From: Vitrella brassicaformis CCMP3155
Lineage: Eukaryota; Protista; Chromerida
Assembly: GCA_001179505.1 (NCBI GenBank)
Contig: CDMY01000357.1
Span: 1-64,000 of the forward strand
Length of the DNA: 64,000 nucleotides
Reading direction: 5' to 3'
Positions 11,027 to 23,615 of the stretch are shown here, one piece after another; the first letter of the stretch is position 1; each line of letters starts with the position of its first letter. Position numbers and translations under genes: made by a program. The notes beneath the pieces were generated by a model that saw nothing but the letters and a program-made list of their open reading frames with translations, did not search any database and was not told the origin of the DNA.

Positions 11027-14000
11027 TCACTCTATCTGTGCAATCGACAACGTCTGTCTGTCACACAAACAAGGAGGGCATCTCATCTCCCCCCTCCCCC
11101 ACGCCATGCATACACACACGGTCTCGCTTTCGCGCGAGCCGTCCTGTCCGTCACATCCCTCCCTCCACTCACATCGCATCACAGGAGGCACGCGTCGTGT
11201 CAGTCACCTCATCTATCGCCGATATGAACGACTCCAGGTCGTCGGCCAGCGGACACGTCACACTCACCTGATTGATTCACACATTAAGAGACAAAAGCGC
11301 GCCAAGAATGTCTCGCCAGCCCACGAGCAGACGGCCGTGTTCACTCACCTTCTTGCCATGTGTGTCGTAGAAGGCCACCTTGGAGAAGTGCAGCGCCACC
11401 CTCGGAATCGACGGCACATCACGAGCTGCCTCTCCCTCTGCGGGTTCGCCTCCCCCCGGCCCCTGACCCTCCTCAGCTTCCCCCCTGCTGTGCCGTTGTT
11501 TGGTCTCCTTGCCGTGTGTGCTGGTGTCGGTGAAGTATGAGGGGTGCGCATAGGACGAGTCGCCATGGGGGGCGGCCATGCCACCGTCAGTAGTCCTCAA
11601 CAGCGGGTCGTAAGCGTAGGATATGCCGTCCCGCCTAACCAGGCAGCCATCTGTGTTGTCGTCATTGCCGCCCTCGGCCCCACCGCCCTGCTGCCGTTGG
11701 TATCCCCCCTTGTTGTTTGCCAGGTGTTTGAGGTAGTTGAAGTAGCGAAGGTACTTGAAGTCTCCAGCCAGGGGGAAGCCGCGTGACGCCAGATGGACCC
11801 GTATTTGGTGTGTGCGGCCACTGAGGATCTCCACATCACACAGCGTGAAGGCAGACGACGACCACTGCTCCTCCTGGTAATTGGCTGCCCCATCCGCTGT
11901 CGTCGTTGCTGTTGGCCTTCTCTTCTTGCGGTAGCGTGAGATGAAGTAGCGCCATGGTGTGAAGTGTGTGGTGGCCGGCAGGCCCTTCTCGTCCAGGAAA
12001 CTCAGCTTCCCATTGCTGAGCTTCACCTGGATCGGCCGACACAGACCAGACACACACCAAGCGCAGGCACACACATCACATACATGTGCTCGTGGGGCTG
12101 CGTGAGTGTATACTGCCTGCCTGCCACGGGTCGGGTACCTACACACCGTGCGGATGCGTTTGTCGCAAACGTGATGGGTAGCGTCCTTTGACGGCGGCGG
12201 GACGTGTCCGTGCACGAGTGCAGTGTAGTGCTTCTCCACGAGCTTGGCGTCGAACTGCAGCCTCATGTGGATGTAGGCGTCGTAGGTCTTGCCGACCAGC
12301 AGGGGGCCGCTGGTGAACCGATCCAGACGGTGACACATACCTGATTCATTGATAGATACAGACAGACGCACACACAGATAGATGCCCACGGAACGGATGC
12401 ACATATTCATTTCTCTCCCTAAAAGTGCGTATGGTCTCTCTCACACACCGTGGAAGATGTTGGGGTCGCATGTGGCCTCGTGTGTGGGGTAGTGCTCGTT
12501 GAGCCACAGACTGACGTGCGCATTGCGGCTCAGACTCTTCTGAAACCCTGAGGCCTCGTCAGCCCCCGCCCCCTCTCCCTCACTGTCGGGACTCCCACAT
12601 GTTGTCGAGTAGAGTCTCACCATCGCCGCGCCTCGGTCGACATTCAAACCGCCACCAGCCGACGGTGACAGGCCAAGAGATGCTCTGAGCGTCGCCATAT
12701 CCTCGCTATTGTCGTCTCTCCTCCTCCCTCTGTGTTGCTGCTGCATGTGTCGCTTCGGCTCCGCTTTCTTGCTGTCGTCTTTCTTGCCAGTGTCGGTCCC
12801 CCTGGCCTGTCGTGTCACTTCATCGAAGTCCACAGTCCACCCAGCTGGCTTGAACAAAACCAGGATGCCGTCGTCCTCGTACAAAGGATACGGGGTACCA
12901 AATCTTTGCTCGAGGGCGTGGACGAGGTGTCGGCGTGAGTCAGAGGGGGCAATGGGGGCGACAGGGAAGGAGGTGCGGTCACGATGCTTCGACCACCTGC
13001 CACACACAACCCCATATATCGTCCGATGAGTATTAGTGTGCGGTGTCTCCGTTTGCTTCCGGTTCTCACCATGCAGGGGATGCGTTTGTGGTCGGATCGC
13101 TGTCTCGCTGCAGCTTGAGCACCCTGCACCGGCGAATGAGCTCGTTCCGGAACAGCCCAAAGAGGTGAGGGTACACCTGCAACAGATTGAGCTGGCTGTA
13201 GGACCACAGCATCACCCACAGCAGATGCTCCGAGAACGACGCCAGCTTGAAGCTGCCACTCCAGCCGGGCGAATGCTGACGGTCTAGTGCATCCCTTGTG
13301 AGCTGCCATGCGAGGTCGTGCCAGATGGGGTGAGAGGGGGACAGGTGAGCGCTGGCGAGGGCATACAGTGAGAGCGACAGCGACGTCTCGTCAAGGTCGC
13401 GCTTGAAGGACGCCTTGGACTGGCTCTTGCCCGTCTTTTCGCCGTCAGCGTCTCCGTCCTGCTGGCCGCCCTGCATGATGGTCATTATCTGCAGCCGCCG
13501 CCTCAGCTCGTCAGCCGCCAGCCAGTAGAAGTCCGCCAGACAAGCACCATCTCCAGCCACGGCTGAGGCATAGTTGGACCGAGATAAAGACCACAGCACG
13601 TCAGCCAGGCCTTGGCCAGTGAAGCGAGAGAGGAAGGGCGAGAGGAAGCCCTGGACAGGGGGCGGCCTGACACTGTCGGTGCCCTCTGGATACTCCCTCA
13701 TCAGCTGCTCTCCTGTTGGGTCGTCCGGTGGGATGGGCGGGACCGGTGAGAAGTCAGGGGCGGATGAGGAGGGGTGGGGGGCAAAGGGAAACGGCTCCGA
13801 CACCCGGGCACCATGCTGGGCCAAGCGGTCAACCTCACGGAACAGCCTGCAATCCATGCAGGGAGGGCACAAGGGCAATTGCGGTAAGGTGTGTGTGGGT
13901 GTACCGCACTTGCCGATGCGATGCCAGTGCACTGCGTGTCCGCCTGTCTGTCTGAGTGGCTGGGTGGCTGGGTGCTGACCTCTGCACTTTGACGGCGGTG

Positions 14001-15175
14001 TCCGGGGGAAAGTCCAGTTTGGTCAATCCCCATATCGCCATCGACGTCGACTGCGTGTCCTCTGCACACAAGACAGACATGCACAAACAGCGGTGGCACG
14101 AGAGAGAGATGACAAAGAGAGATGCATCCATCCATCCATCAGTGTCCATCCCATCCAGGTTGCGGTTGCTCACGTGTGAGTTGGTCGGGCACCTTGACGG
14201 CCTGGTCGATGGCGCCGTCGACCAACTGGCGCAGCGCCTCCCTGTCACTGTCGCCTGTGTACCAGTGCCTCTCCCTCTTGCTGTACAGTCTAATATACAT
14301 GATGGCATCGTCATCAAAGGTTTCCTCGTCGCCCTTCAGCAGCCTCTTGCCACGCCGCTGCTGCTCGTCGTCCACACCATCATTGCTCATCCACGTGCGC
14401 CCGCCCACCTCGTCAGGCCGCCCCCATATGGTGGCCACAGACCATATCACCATGGCGATGTCATACGCATTGTACTTGTGCTGCAGCGACGGACCCGCCA
14501 GCGTGAACTGGGCGACGCGGCCGAAGATGGCCTCGAGAGATGGCGTGTGCCCATGCGACCGCCGCCTCGGCGCGTCCTTGTGTGTTTTGGCAATGGTGTA
14601 GAATGTCATGCCGATATTCCGCGGCTTGCAAAGGTCCAAGGTGTCCGACGCGGCTGAGTTTGCCGTCTGGGGGTCGTACCGCCTCCACAGATCTTGCAAG
14701 AGGGCGTCCCATAACGTCATCCTCTCGCCGTCGGCCGACGCCACAGCAACATTGAGCAGCTTGAGCTTGGTTGCCTGCCATAGGACGTTGACGACGAAGA
14801 GCGGGAGGGCGTCGGGGAGGTGCAGGGCAATCCTTGGGACGATGGTTTCTCGCAGCAGACCTATGTCAGGCCGCTTCTGCTTGGATGCTTCAGCCTGGAC
14901 CACAATCACATGGCAACAAGCGATGAGTCATTCGTGGTCAGCAGCACAGCATCTTTGTGGCTCACCAGATATCTGAAAAGGTGTTTGTCTTTGCGGCCAT
15001 CCCGGTCACTGCTGGGCGATGGCGGCGCCTCGGGTCCCTCACTGGATTGCTCATTCGAAGCTGAGGAAACCGTCACTCGCTGTCGGATGAATCGAACAAA
15101 GGGGATAGATCTCAATCTTCTTTGCAGTGGACGAAGATATGGTGCACTCAGCGGTATCATTCTTAACTGTTTCAT
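11027..15175 (-). CDS. RluA-family pseudouridine synthase with a long N-terminal helical-repeat (HPR/OPR-like) region, likely organellar
   Basis: RluA motifs LYEDDGILVLFKPAGW, HRLDRFTSG, GRTHQIRVH, GDFKY and RVALH. At least six upstream helical units (e.g. VVNVLWQATKL, DIAMVIWSVATI, GLADVLWSLSRS). In-frame splices link the two parts. N-terminus is Arg/Leu-rich. The last exon is uncertain. Confidence 0.85.
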
Positions 15176-15538
15176 CCAGAAAGGGTTGGTTGGTTGGTTG
15201 GTTAGTGTGTTTAGCGAGCCTCGTGTCTGTAACCCCGGAGGGATCCTGTTGTCTCACGCACTAAACTAGCAGCATGTACATGCAAAGCATGCACACGGCC
15301 TGTCTACCCCTCCCTGCACTGGCACCGGCGGACAAACAGATGGCAACAGAGAGCACTGGCTGCCTTGTAGAACGTTGACAAACACCGATTCCGGCTACAT
15401 ACACAAGAACGGGCGCTGTCGCCCAGCAAGAGCCATGGCAAGTGTACAGAAGCCAGAAGGGGGAAGTAGAAAAATGAGCGTCCTCTGAGCCACCAAAGCA
15501 ACAATCAGCCAATCACATGAATACACCACCATATACAC

Positions 15539-15838
15539 NNNNNNNNNNNNNNNNNNNNNNNNNNNNNNNNNNNNNNNNNNNNNNNNNNNNNNNNNNNNNN
15601 NNNNNNNNNNNNNNNNNNNNNNNNNNNNNNNNNNNNNNNNNNNNNNNNNNNNNNNNNNNNNNNNNNNNNNNNNNNNNNNNNNNNNNNNNNNNNNNNNNNN
15701 NNNNNNNNNNNNNNNNNNNNNNNNNNNNNNNNNNNNNNNNNNNNNNNNNNNNNNNNNNNNNNNNNNNNNNNNNNNNNNNNNNNNNNNNNNNNNNNNNNNN
15801 NNNNNNNNNNNNNNNNNNNNNNNNNNNNNNNNNNNNNN
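15539..15838. other. Assembly gap (300 N)
   Basis: Run of N. Confidence 1.
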
Positions 15839-15948
15839 AAGGTGCACTCCATCCCTTCACACAGCACTGAGTCTCATGTTGTCCATTGTATCGCTCTCTT
15901 CGTGACACACTGCACACAGAGAAAGGGAAGAAGCAGTTACAGATCCAC

Positions 15949-15955
15949 AGCTCGC
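15949..15955. promoter_or_regulatory. Candidate promoter motif AGCTCGCAA between the RluA fusion and the GH-like gene
   Basis: agctcgcaagagcttgc in the divergent intergenic region. Confidence 0.5.
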
Positions 15956-16284
15956 AAGAGCTTGCAGGGGAAGAAGGCAAAAAGTCACAGAAGGACAGCA
16001 TTTGAGATTCCTTGTGGTTGCTCAATCGATAAAGCACGAGAGGGACGGCAAGGTGCACCCCTCTCTGTTCTCTCATCGCTCAGTTACGGCAACCAGATCC
16101 ATCACATCAGGTGCAGAAGGCCGCCATCCCTCCATGAGTCAAGCCGTTCACCTTGCAACCCTCTGTTTGTTTGCTGCAGACAGGCAATCCTGCTCATCCA
16201 AGATCAACCTTGGACCAACAAGCACAGGTCCGCTGAGAGGGGGTGGTTAAGCTATCCTCGCTCGCTTCGTCGATTGTCAGCTGA

Positions 16285-19200
16285 TTGCTGCCTGCCCTGC
16301 CCCTGGGGTCGTTGATCACCATAGCGGGTCAAGTGAGTCCTGGGTTGCTCAGTCGAGTGCCCAAAGGGAGCAACAATGAGGAGCCCGAGGCGGCCACCCC
16401 ACCGTCCAAGGCAATGATGAGGAGAAAGAACAACATCAACCTCTCCACGCCCCTACCCCTCGACAATGACGACGCCTACTGGGCTGCCTCCTCATGGCCC
16501 AACACCTCGGGCATCAGAGGCCCTGTCCTGCAGTATGCAGGCGTGGCCTTTCTCATCTTAGCGGTGTTCCTGCTCCTCAACTACACGGTCATGCCGCTCG
16601 ATGGGCTCGGCTTCGGTCTCACCAATCCGCCTGCAGAAGCGCCAGCGCCGCCGGCACTGAGCAGCCAGCCCAAGGCAGTCGAGCTGAATGAGATGTCCGC
16701 ATCGTCATCCTTCATGGCATCTGTTGACACCAATGCTGACGCAGCAGCTGCTGCTGCTACGGCGGTGGACGACAAACAAGACACAGCAAGTGAGGCTTCC
16801 TCCTCGTCCACTTCGGAAGGCGCGGCGTCATCCGAAGTGGACAGCGACTGGGGCATCAACGCGGACGAGTCAGCGGCGACCGACAACCTCGATGCGGTGG
16901 ACAACGAGGAGCCCGAGGCGTTCTCGGAGAGTGACGCCTTTCTGCAGGATGAAGAGGAAGAGCCCGAGCCCATCGAGGTCAACGCTGGCGAGTGGAAGCC
17001 GGGCTTCTCGGACGAGCTGCACATCGAGGGTGAGGAGCTGTGGATGCAAAAGGGGGGCGGCCGGGCCAGCGTCTGGGGCCTGCCGCCAAAGGACATGCGG
17101 GACGGCTCAGACCCACTCGACCCACTCATTCCCCTTTGTGGAGGTACTGTACGCCGTCGGCCGAAACACCTACACAAAACAAATCATGAGGGGCCGGTCG
17201 CACCAGCCGACGACGTCTCCCTGTCTGTGTGTGTATGCAGGTGGGTCGCCCTTGGAGGGTGACGGCCACGCAGAGGACCCCATAGCGGTCCGCGTGGTCT
17301 TCGACGAGGAGAGGCCCGGCAGCTATGCCATCAAGGTCGAGAGGAGGAGCGACAGCGACAGCGAAGGCACTCAGTCGACATGGCTACAGTCCACCAACCA
17401 CGCGTTCGTCTACCAGCAAGGCAAGCGCGTGACGGCGGCCAGCCAGCGGCTGCGGCTGCGTGAGGTGCAGCAGGAGACCATACATGGCGTCAAGAAGCGC
17501 ACCTTCGCGTGGGCTGTGGAGCGTAAGGGCGGCAATGCGGCAGTGCCCTTCGAGACGACCATCTACCAAGTGGGCGAGTCGTGCTTGGTGTTCGAGCAGA
17601 ACTTCCCTGAAGGCCTCGACAATATCGCCGTGGGGCGGTCGGCAGCGAGGAAGGACGGCGTGTCTGCGGGCTTCCCCGTGTTCGATCTCCCCACCGATGA
17701 TGACGCCGAGCGTTTGCTGGGCTTCGCGGCGCTCTACGGCAAGTTTGGTTCTGAGGGCAAGTACGGCAATTTCACTCGTCTGGGTGCGCAGGAAGGGCAC
17801 ATCCCCACGGGCATCCAGGGGGGGCTGCCGCTGATCCTCTTCGACCGGTCGCTGGAGGTCAGCTCTGTCGTCAGCCCTCTCAGCCGCTTCACCGTTGCCA
17901 ACGCTGCACTCAGCAAGGAGAGAACTGAGTATCACCTGGGCGTCCTGGGCAGTGCCGACAGCATCCCCGCGGGCTTCCAGTTCCGCTCCATAGCCGTCTT
18001 CTCCGCTCGCGGCATCGCCCATGCGACACGGAAGTGGGGTCGCATCCTGCAGACGCTCTACCAGAAGACGCCCGTCAGCGACGTGAGCGTGTCGCACCTG
18101 TCCTACTGGACGGACAACGGAGCCTACTACTACTACCGCACGGAGCCAAACCAGACATACCCCGAGACCCTCGAGAGCATTGCGCTACACTTCCACAAGG
18201 ACCTGCGGCTGCCCATCCGGAGCATGCAGGTCGACAGCTGGTGGTACCCACAGGGCGCCATGTACGGCCAGACAAGGGGCGTCAAGGTGTGGGCACCCCG
18301 GAGGGACCTCTTCCCGAGGGGACTGGCGCCCATCCATCGCAAGCTCAAGATGCCCATACTCGGTCAGTCAGTCAGTGAGCTGCAGAACAGACAGAACACG
18401 TGGATTGGATGCATATCATCTGTCGGTCGGCATTTATGTTATGCACGCTCTCTGTTTCTTCCCTGTGTGTCATGGTGTTGGTCATCCCATCCAGCCCACA
18501 GTCGCTTTTTCGCCGAGGACAATCTGCACGCGCGGCAGAACGGCGGTCTGTACGATTTCCTTATCCAAAACCACATGACGATGCCAATGGAGGCGCGATT
18601 CTGGGACTCGCTCTTCAGAAACAGGTCGGTGGGTGGGTGGGGACACTCACGCAGCGCAGTGCTTGCAGGGAAGGATGCACCAGCCCGATTCATCTATCTA
18701 TCTGTCTGTCTGCATGTGTGTGTCATGGCATGGTGGTGGTTGTTGGTTGTATGTATGTTGCGGCTGCGGTGCGTGCAGCACTCGCTGGGGTCTGTACATG
18801 TACGAGCAGGACTGGATGTGGTCTCACACCAATGGGCTGCCCAGCATGACCTCCAACGTCACACTGGCAGAGAAGTGGCTTGACGACATGGCCAAGTGAG
18901 TTGACTGACCACTCAATCAACACAGCTAGCTATAGCAAATGGGTGGATGGATGGATGGATACATGCATGCCGTACCCTTGGCTCGCTTTTCGTTCGTGTC
19001 CATCCCTCCGTCTATCAGGGGCGCCGAGAAGTGGGGTGTTCGTGTGCAGTACTGCATGCCTTACAGCCGGCACATCATGCAGTCGGTCAAGTACGACGCC
19101 GTCACGAGCATCCGCGGGTCCACCGACTACCGCCCCACCAAGCAGCAGTGGGACATCGGCCTCACTGCACCCATCATACACGCACTCGGCGCGGCACCCT

Positions 19201-20545
19201 TCAAGGACACCTTCTGGACCTCCATGACCCCCACAGACCGCTACAAAGGAGCCATAGAGCGGTACCCCGGCTGGCAGGGTCTCGTGTCGACTTTGAGCAT
19301 GGGTCCGGTGGGGCCCGGCGACCGGCTGAGCGACGTGGACTTCAAGAGCCTGTTCAAGTGCTGCAGGAAGGACGGCAAGATCCTCAAGCCCTCCAGGGCA
19401 CTAGGCTACGTCGACGCTCTCTACGCCGAGAGGGCCTTCCAGGGCGTCCGCAACCGATACGCATTCCAGACACTCTCACAGGTACCTACGTGACGTGGGG
19501 CAGACAGACAGACAGACAGACAGACAGACATCGGCAGCACCATTACTTCGGCGGGTGTGTGTGTGTGTGTGTGCGATTAGGTGGGTGACTTGGTGTTCCG
19601 CATCTTTACCGGCTTTCGTCTTCGCGAGCCGTTTGATGTGGGCCCTCTGCGTGACGCCGACGACCTGCGGCAGAGCCAACAGTGGCTGATATGGAACCCA
19701 CATGAACACAAAGAGGTAGGTAGACAGACCAGGCAACGCAATGCAATGCAATGCAATGAATGCAGCAGACACCCCCACACACATGTGTTGTGTTGTGTTG
19801 ACGTGTGTGTGGGTGCAGTGGTCATTATGGACGCCTGAGAGCTCTCTGGTGCTGCCTAAGCACAACAACTACCGTCTCTTGTACGCCTCTCCCGTGTGGG
19901 AGCTCAAGGCAGGCGTGCCGTCGACGCCGCTGATCGCTTTGGGCGGTGAGCTGCACAAGTGGACTCCCGTCTCGCCACAACGATTCATCGACATACGCGT
20001 CATGCAACGCAATCCAGACGGTACGACGGGCGGGGAATATGGTAGGGGGGGGAATGTGGGCCACACGCACTCATAATCGACACACGGACACTCGACATGA
20101 CACATCTGTTTGTCCCTCCGTGTGTGTGTGTGTAGGTGGTGACGGTCAGGTGACTCTGCTGCTTGAGGGCGTTGCGGGTGAGGTGGTGGAGCTGCGGTAC
20201 TTCGAGTCGTTTGACGGCGGCCAGACCTTCACACCCATGACCAAATCCATCACATTCAGGGAGCCGCCACCACTCGAGAATGAGGGAGGAGGGGAGGACC
20301 AGCAGGAGCAGCAGCAGGACGGCAGCGACGCCAGCCAGCCGGGTGGAGGGGCCAGCCAACCGTCATCGTCAGAGCAAGGAGATGAGGATGAGGAGCTGGT
20401 CAAGACGGATGTGCGCCGTCAGATGCTGGCCGACGAACCCATGGAGCGGGTGGTGGAGAAGGTGCGCGTGCTGGGTGGGCCACCCATGGTCGTGGTGCGC
20501 AAGCTCGTCACCCTTCCGGACCCCTCTAGTATGCCTGTCGTCTGA
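16285..20545 (+). CDS. Type II membrane protein with a putative glycoside hydrolase domain (GH-D clan/GH36-like TIM barrel)
   Basis: Single TM segment (YAGVAFLILAVFLLLNY) and an acidic Ala/Ser stalk. Motifs LSYWTDNGAYYYY, MQVDSWWY, LFPRGL, YMYEQDW, VQYCMPY, SIRGSTDY, FKDTFWT and GPVGPGD. The start exon is uncertain. Confidence 0.6.
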
Positions 20546-21680
20546 CTGACGGATGGATCACTGAGTGTGGTGCACTTTTTCGTCAGCCAGCCCAGCCGCC
20601 CGAGCACTATTGAGTGCTTCCATCCCATCCTCCTTCCATGTGTGACGTTTGATTAACTAAGGGCGGGCACAGAGAGGATAGGACGGACGGACAGAGAGCA
20701 GCTGTGGTGTGGTGTGGTGTGGCGTGGGGCTGTAAGTAAGGCGTGGCGACATGGCGCACATACATGGCCTGCAGGGGCGGTGTCATACGTGTCATTGAGT
20801 TGACCGACACACGGGCTCTGTTGGTTGATCCAGAGGAACCCGGAGACCCGTCAGTCGGTCGATGGAGCTTCGAGCCATTGCCATTTTCTTCCTACCTACG
20901 TCCATCCATCCCCCCATCGATTCATGCCAGCCACGCCACCATCGAATCGATCGATCGCAGTATTGTCCTTTGGTGTCAGTCAAGGTGCGCGTTTTTGTTT
21001 GTGTACAGAGATGGCGAGAAGGGCTTCTCGCTTTAGAGTTTTGGCTCGCTCATGCGGGGTGCGGTGGGTGCGTACGAAGGAAGGAATACTTACTGACACG
21101 TGCGTTGTACGGTACGGTAATTCAGCCAGACAGGGCCGAATACATGTCACTGTGTGTGTGTCTTTGTGAGTGTGGTGTGATTAGTGAATGTGATGGCTTT
21201 GTGTGTGTGTGTGTGTGGTGCAGACAAGACTCGTACATGGACGGGACTCATGAGTTGCATGGTACGAGCGTGAGTGACCTATTATACTGACTATAACTGG
21301 TCCATTCATGCATGCAGTCGTCCGTGCACTCGTTCGCCCATCTCCCCCTCTCCTGGGCCCCTCTCTCCTCCCCCCTCTCCCCCTCTAGATTGCATCCCCT
21401 CACTCTACATCCCTCTGTCCGCTAGGCATCTGCATTCACCACGAATGGAGAGAAAAGCACACGCAGGTTGAATGACCATCAATGCGCACCATGGTCTTTT
21501 GTTGTGGTCGCTCACTTCTGGCCCTTCTGATGTCTGTGAGTCTGCCTGCATTCGGCCCCACCAACCGATTCGTGAGCACCCACGACACACCCACCAGCAA
21601 CACACCCACCTGCAGCAAAGAAGCCACCAAACGTTTGCACATACAGACACACAGCAATGAATGCGGCGAAGTTGCCCAGC

Positions 21681-23428
21681 TTATGATGTATATATGGCCC
21701 CTCCCTCCCCTACCCCGAGATAAGGGAGGAAGAATCTGAAGAAGAGGAAGGCGGGTCCCTGTGGCGGTGGTGATGCCGCCAGGATGGCCAGGCCGCGGCT
21801 GTCGAGTGTGTGGTTGTGCTTGAGGAGCCACGCCAGGCCACGCAGCTGCATCAACCCACACACCACCACCACATCACGAGCCTCCTTCTGCACACATACA
21901 TGTATAGCACCAGTCATATCAGATTTGGATGTGTGTGTATATGTATGTCTCGCTCACTGACTCACGTCGATTTGTGTGAGTATCTGATGGGCCATGTACA
22001 GATTGCGCTCCTGGAACAGAGCCTGAAGAAAGATAAATCAAGCAATGAGTGAATGACACATTGAAGCAATTGTGGGGCGCTGCGCAGGGGGCGGGGGCTG
22101 TCTGTGTTGACGTACAGTACGTGTATGATTCTTGGGGTGAGAGTGCTGACGAGGTCGTGCAGCTCCTGGTAGGTGATGACCCGCCGGTTGACCAGCGACA
22201 GCGGCATGTAGTTCATGAAGCTACGCCCACTCTCGTTGTCCCACATCGTAAACAGACAACGATTCTTCACCGCCTGTCAGCACACAGACAGTGGCATATT
22301 ATGACCAACACACAACAAACCTGCCTTACACAAGTATGCAGCCGCTCACTACACTGTGGGTGCTGTCGTCACCTGCTGCGTTCGGTCGACCAGAAAGAGG
22401 GACGCACCGATTTCCTTTGCAGCAATGACACTCGCATGGAACTCCCGAACCATCGTACCGCCGTGGATGGCGCGGAATACTCGCAGCTGAAGACAGGCAG
22501 GGATGTGTGTGTTGGTGCAATGGGTGGGTCGACAGCGGCTCACTCGATGGGGGACAGGCAGCTCCTTCTGCAGACAGACAGACAGACAGACAGACAGACA
22601 CCCGATCAAGCACATGCACACAGATAGATTTCAGTGTGCGTGTGTTGTGTTGTGGTTGTGTCCTGCATGCATGTGTGTGTGTATGTATACATTTTGCAGG
22701 ATGGCGTTGATGATCTCCACATAGCGGTACTTGCACAGCTGCAGACACAATCCGACCTCGTCAATGCTGCTGATTGGTTGCCCCTTTCGCCGTACCCACC
22801 TCGAGGAAGACCTGCTGTGGCTTCACTTGACGCAGATACTGACAAGCAACCAGACAGACAGACAGACAAGCTTGTGGTCGGTCGCGACTTTCCTGCCTGG
22901 TGGATCCTCTTTCACCTCGGCCGCATCCTGCAGACACACAACATGCACAAAAACAGGTTACTTTCCGGATGTCCTCATCTCAGTCAGTGTCCACGCCATG
23001 CCGACCTGTGCGCTTGCCGCTCCCTCCATCCGTTGGTGCATGAGACCGTACAGGTGCACCCGCGTCCCGTGCACATCCACAGTGATCACATGGTCATCTC
23101 GCGTCCCCGTCCACAGGAACTGACCCGTCGTAGCGGGCGCCTCCTTGGCCTCCAGATAACCACGGTTCCTCACGTCTGCTGGTGCGTGCGGCATTGCAGA
23201 GGAGCCGCCAAGGGATGAATAGCACCGGCAATGAATCAGAGAGGCTCGTCGTGAGGGAGCCGGAGCTCGTGGCGAAGAGAGATGAGGCTGCAGTGGGTGT
23301 GGTAAGTGGCAGCGCGACGCGGCGACTGCTGCGAAGCTGCTGCAGGCATTCGTGCTCGGGCGAAGTGACGCAGAAAAGCACTTTTTCCGGTAGATCCCGG
23401 ATCTTGTGGTCATGCTCCCATGCTGCAT
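21681..23428 (-). CDS. TraB/PrgY/GumN (TRABD-like) domain protein, probably mitochondrial
   Basis: VHLYGLMH, VREFHASVIAAKEIGASLFLVDR, LFQERNLYMAHQIL and VVVVCGLMQLRGL follow the TraB motif order. N-terminus is Arg/Ser-rich. An upstream in-frame ATG at 23518 is also possible. Confidence 0.7.
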
Positions 23429-23474
23429 TCTTCCTCCTCCTTCCTCCCGGTCGGTCGGTCGGTTGAGGGTTTGA

Positions 23475-23481
23475 GCGAGCT
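23475..23481. promoter_or_regulatory. Candidate promoter motif AGCTCGC, TraB/COMT spacer
   Basis: gcgagctta, 47 bp from the ATG at 23428. Confidence 0.45.
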
Positions 23482-23615
23482 TAGGAAGGTGACGTGTGAG
23501 GATCCCCCTTTCTTTCATTCAACGCTCGCGCGTGAGGATTCGTTATTCATTGCATGCAAAGAAGCTATCTATCGTTGATCGGCTAAGGTTTTGATGGCAC
23601 TCGGATGAGCAGGAG

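Noticed and set aside
13956-14657. Long antisense ORFs overlapping real genes (also 17384-18097, 49119-49631, 56609-57871)
   Set aside because: Shadow frames produced by the high GC3 of the true strand.
15395-16076. ORFs spanning the N gaps (also 35094-36067, 58630-59392)
   Set aside because: Artefacts of translating N as X; only the flanking RING exons are real.
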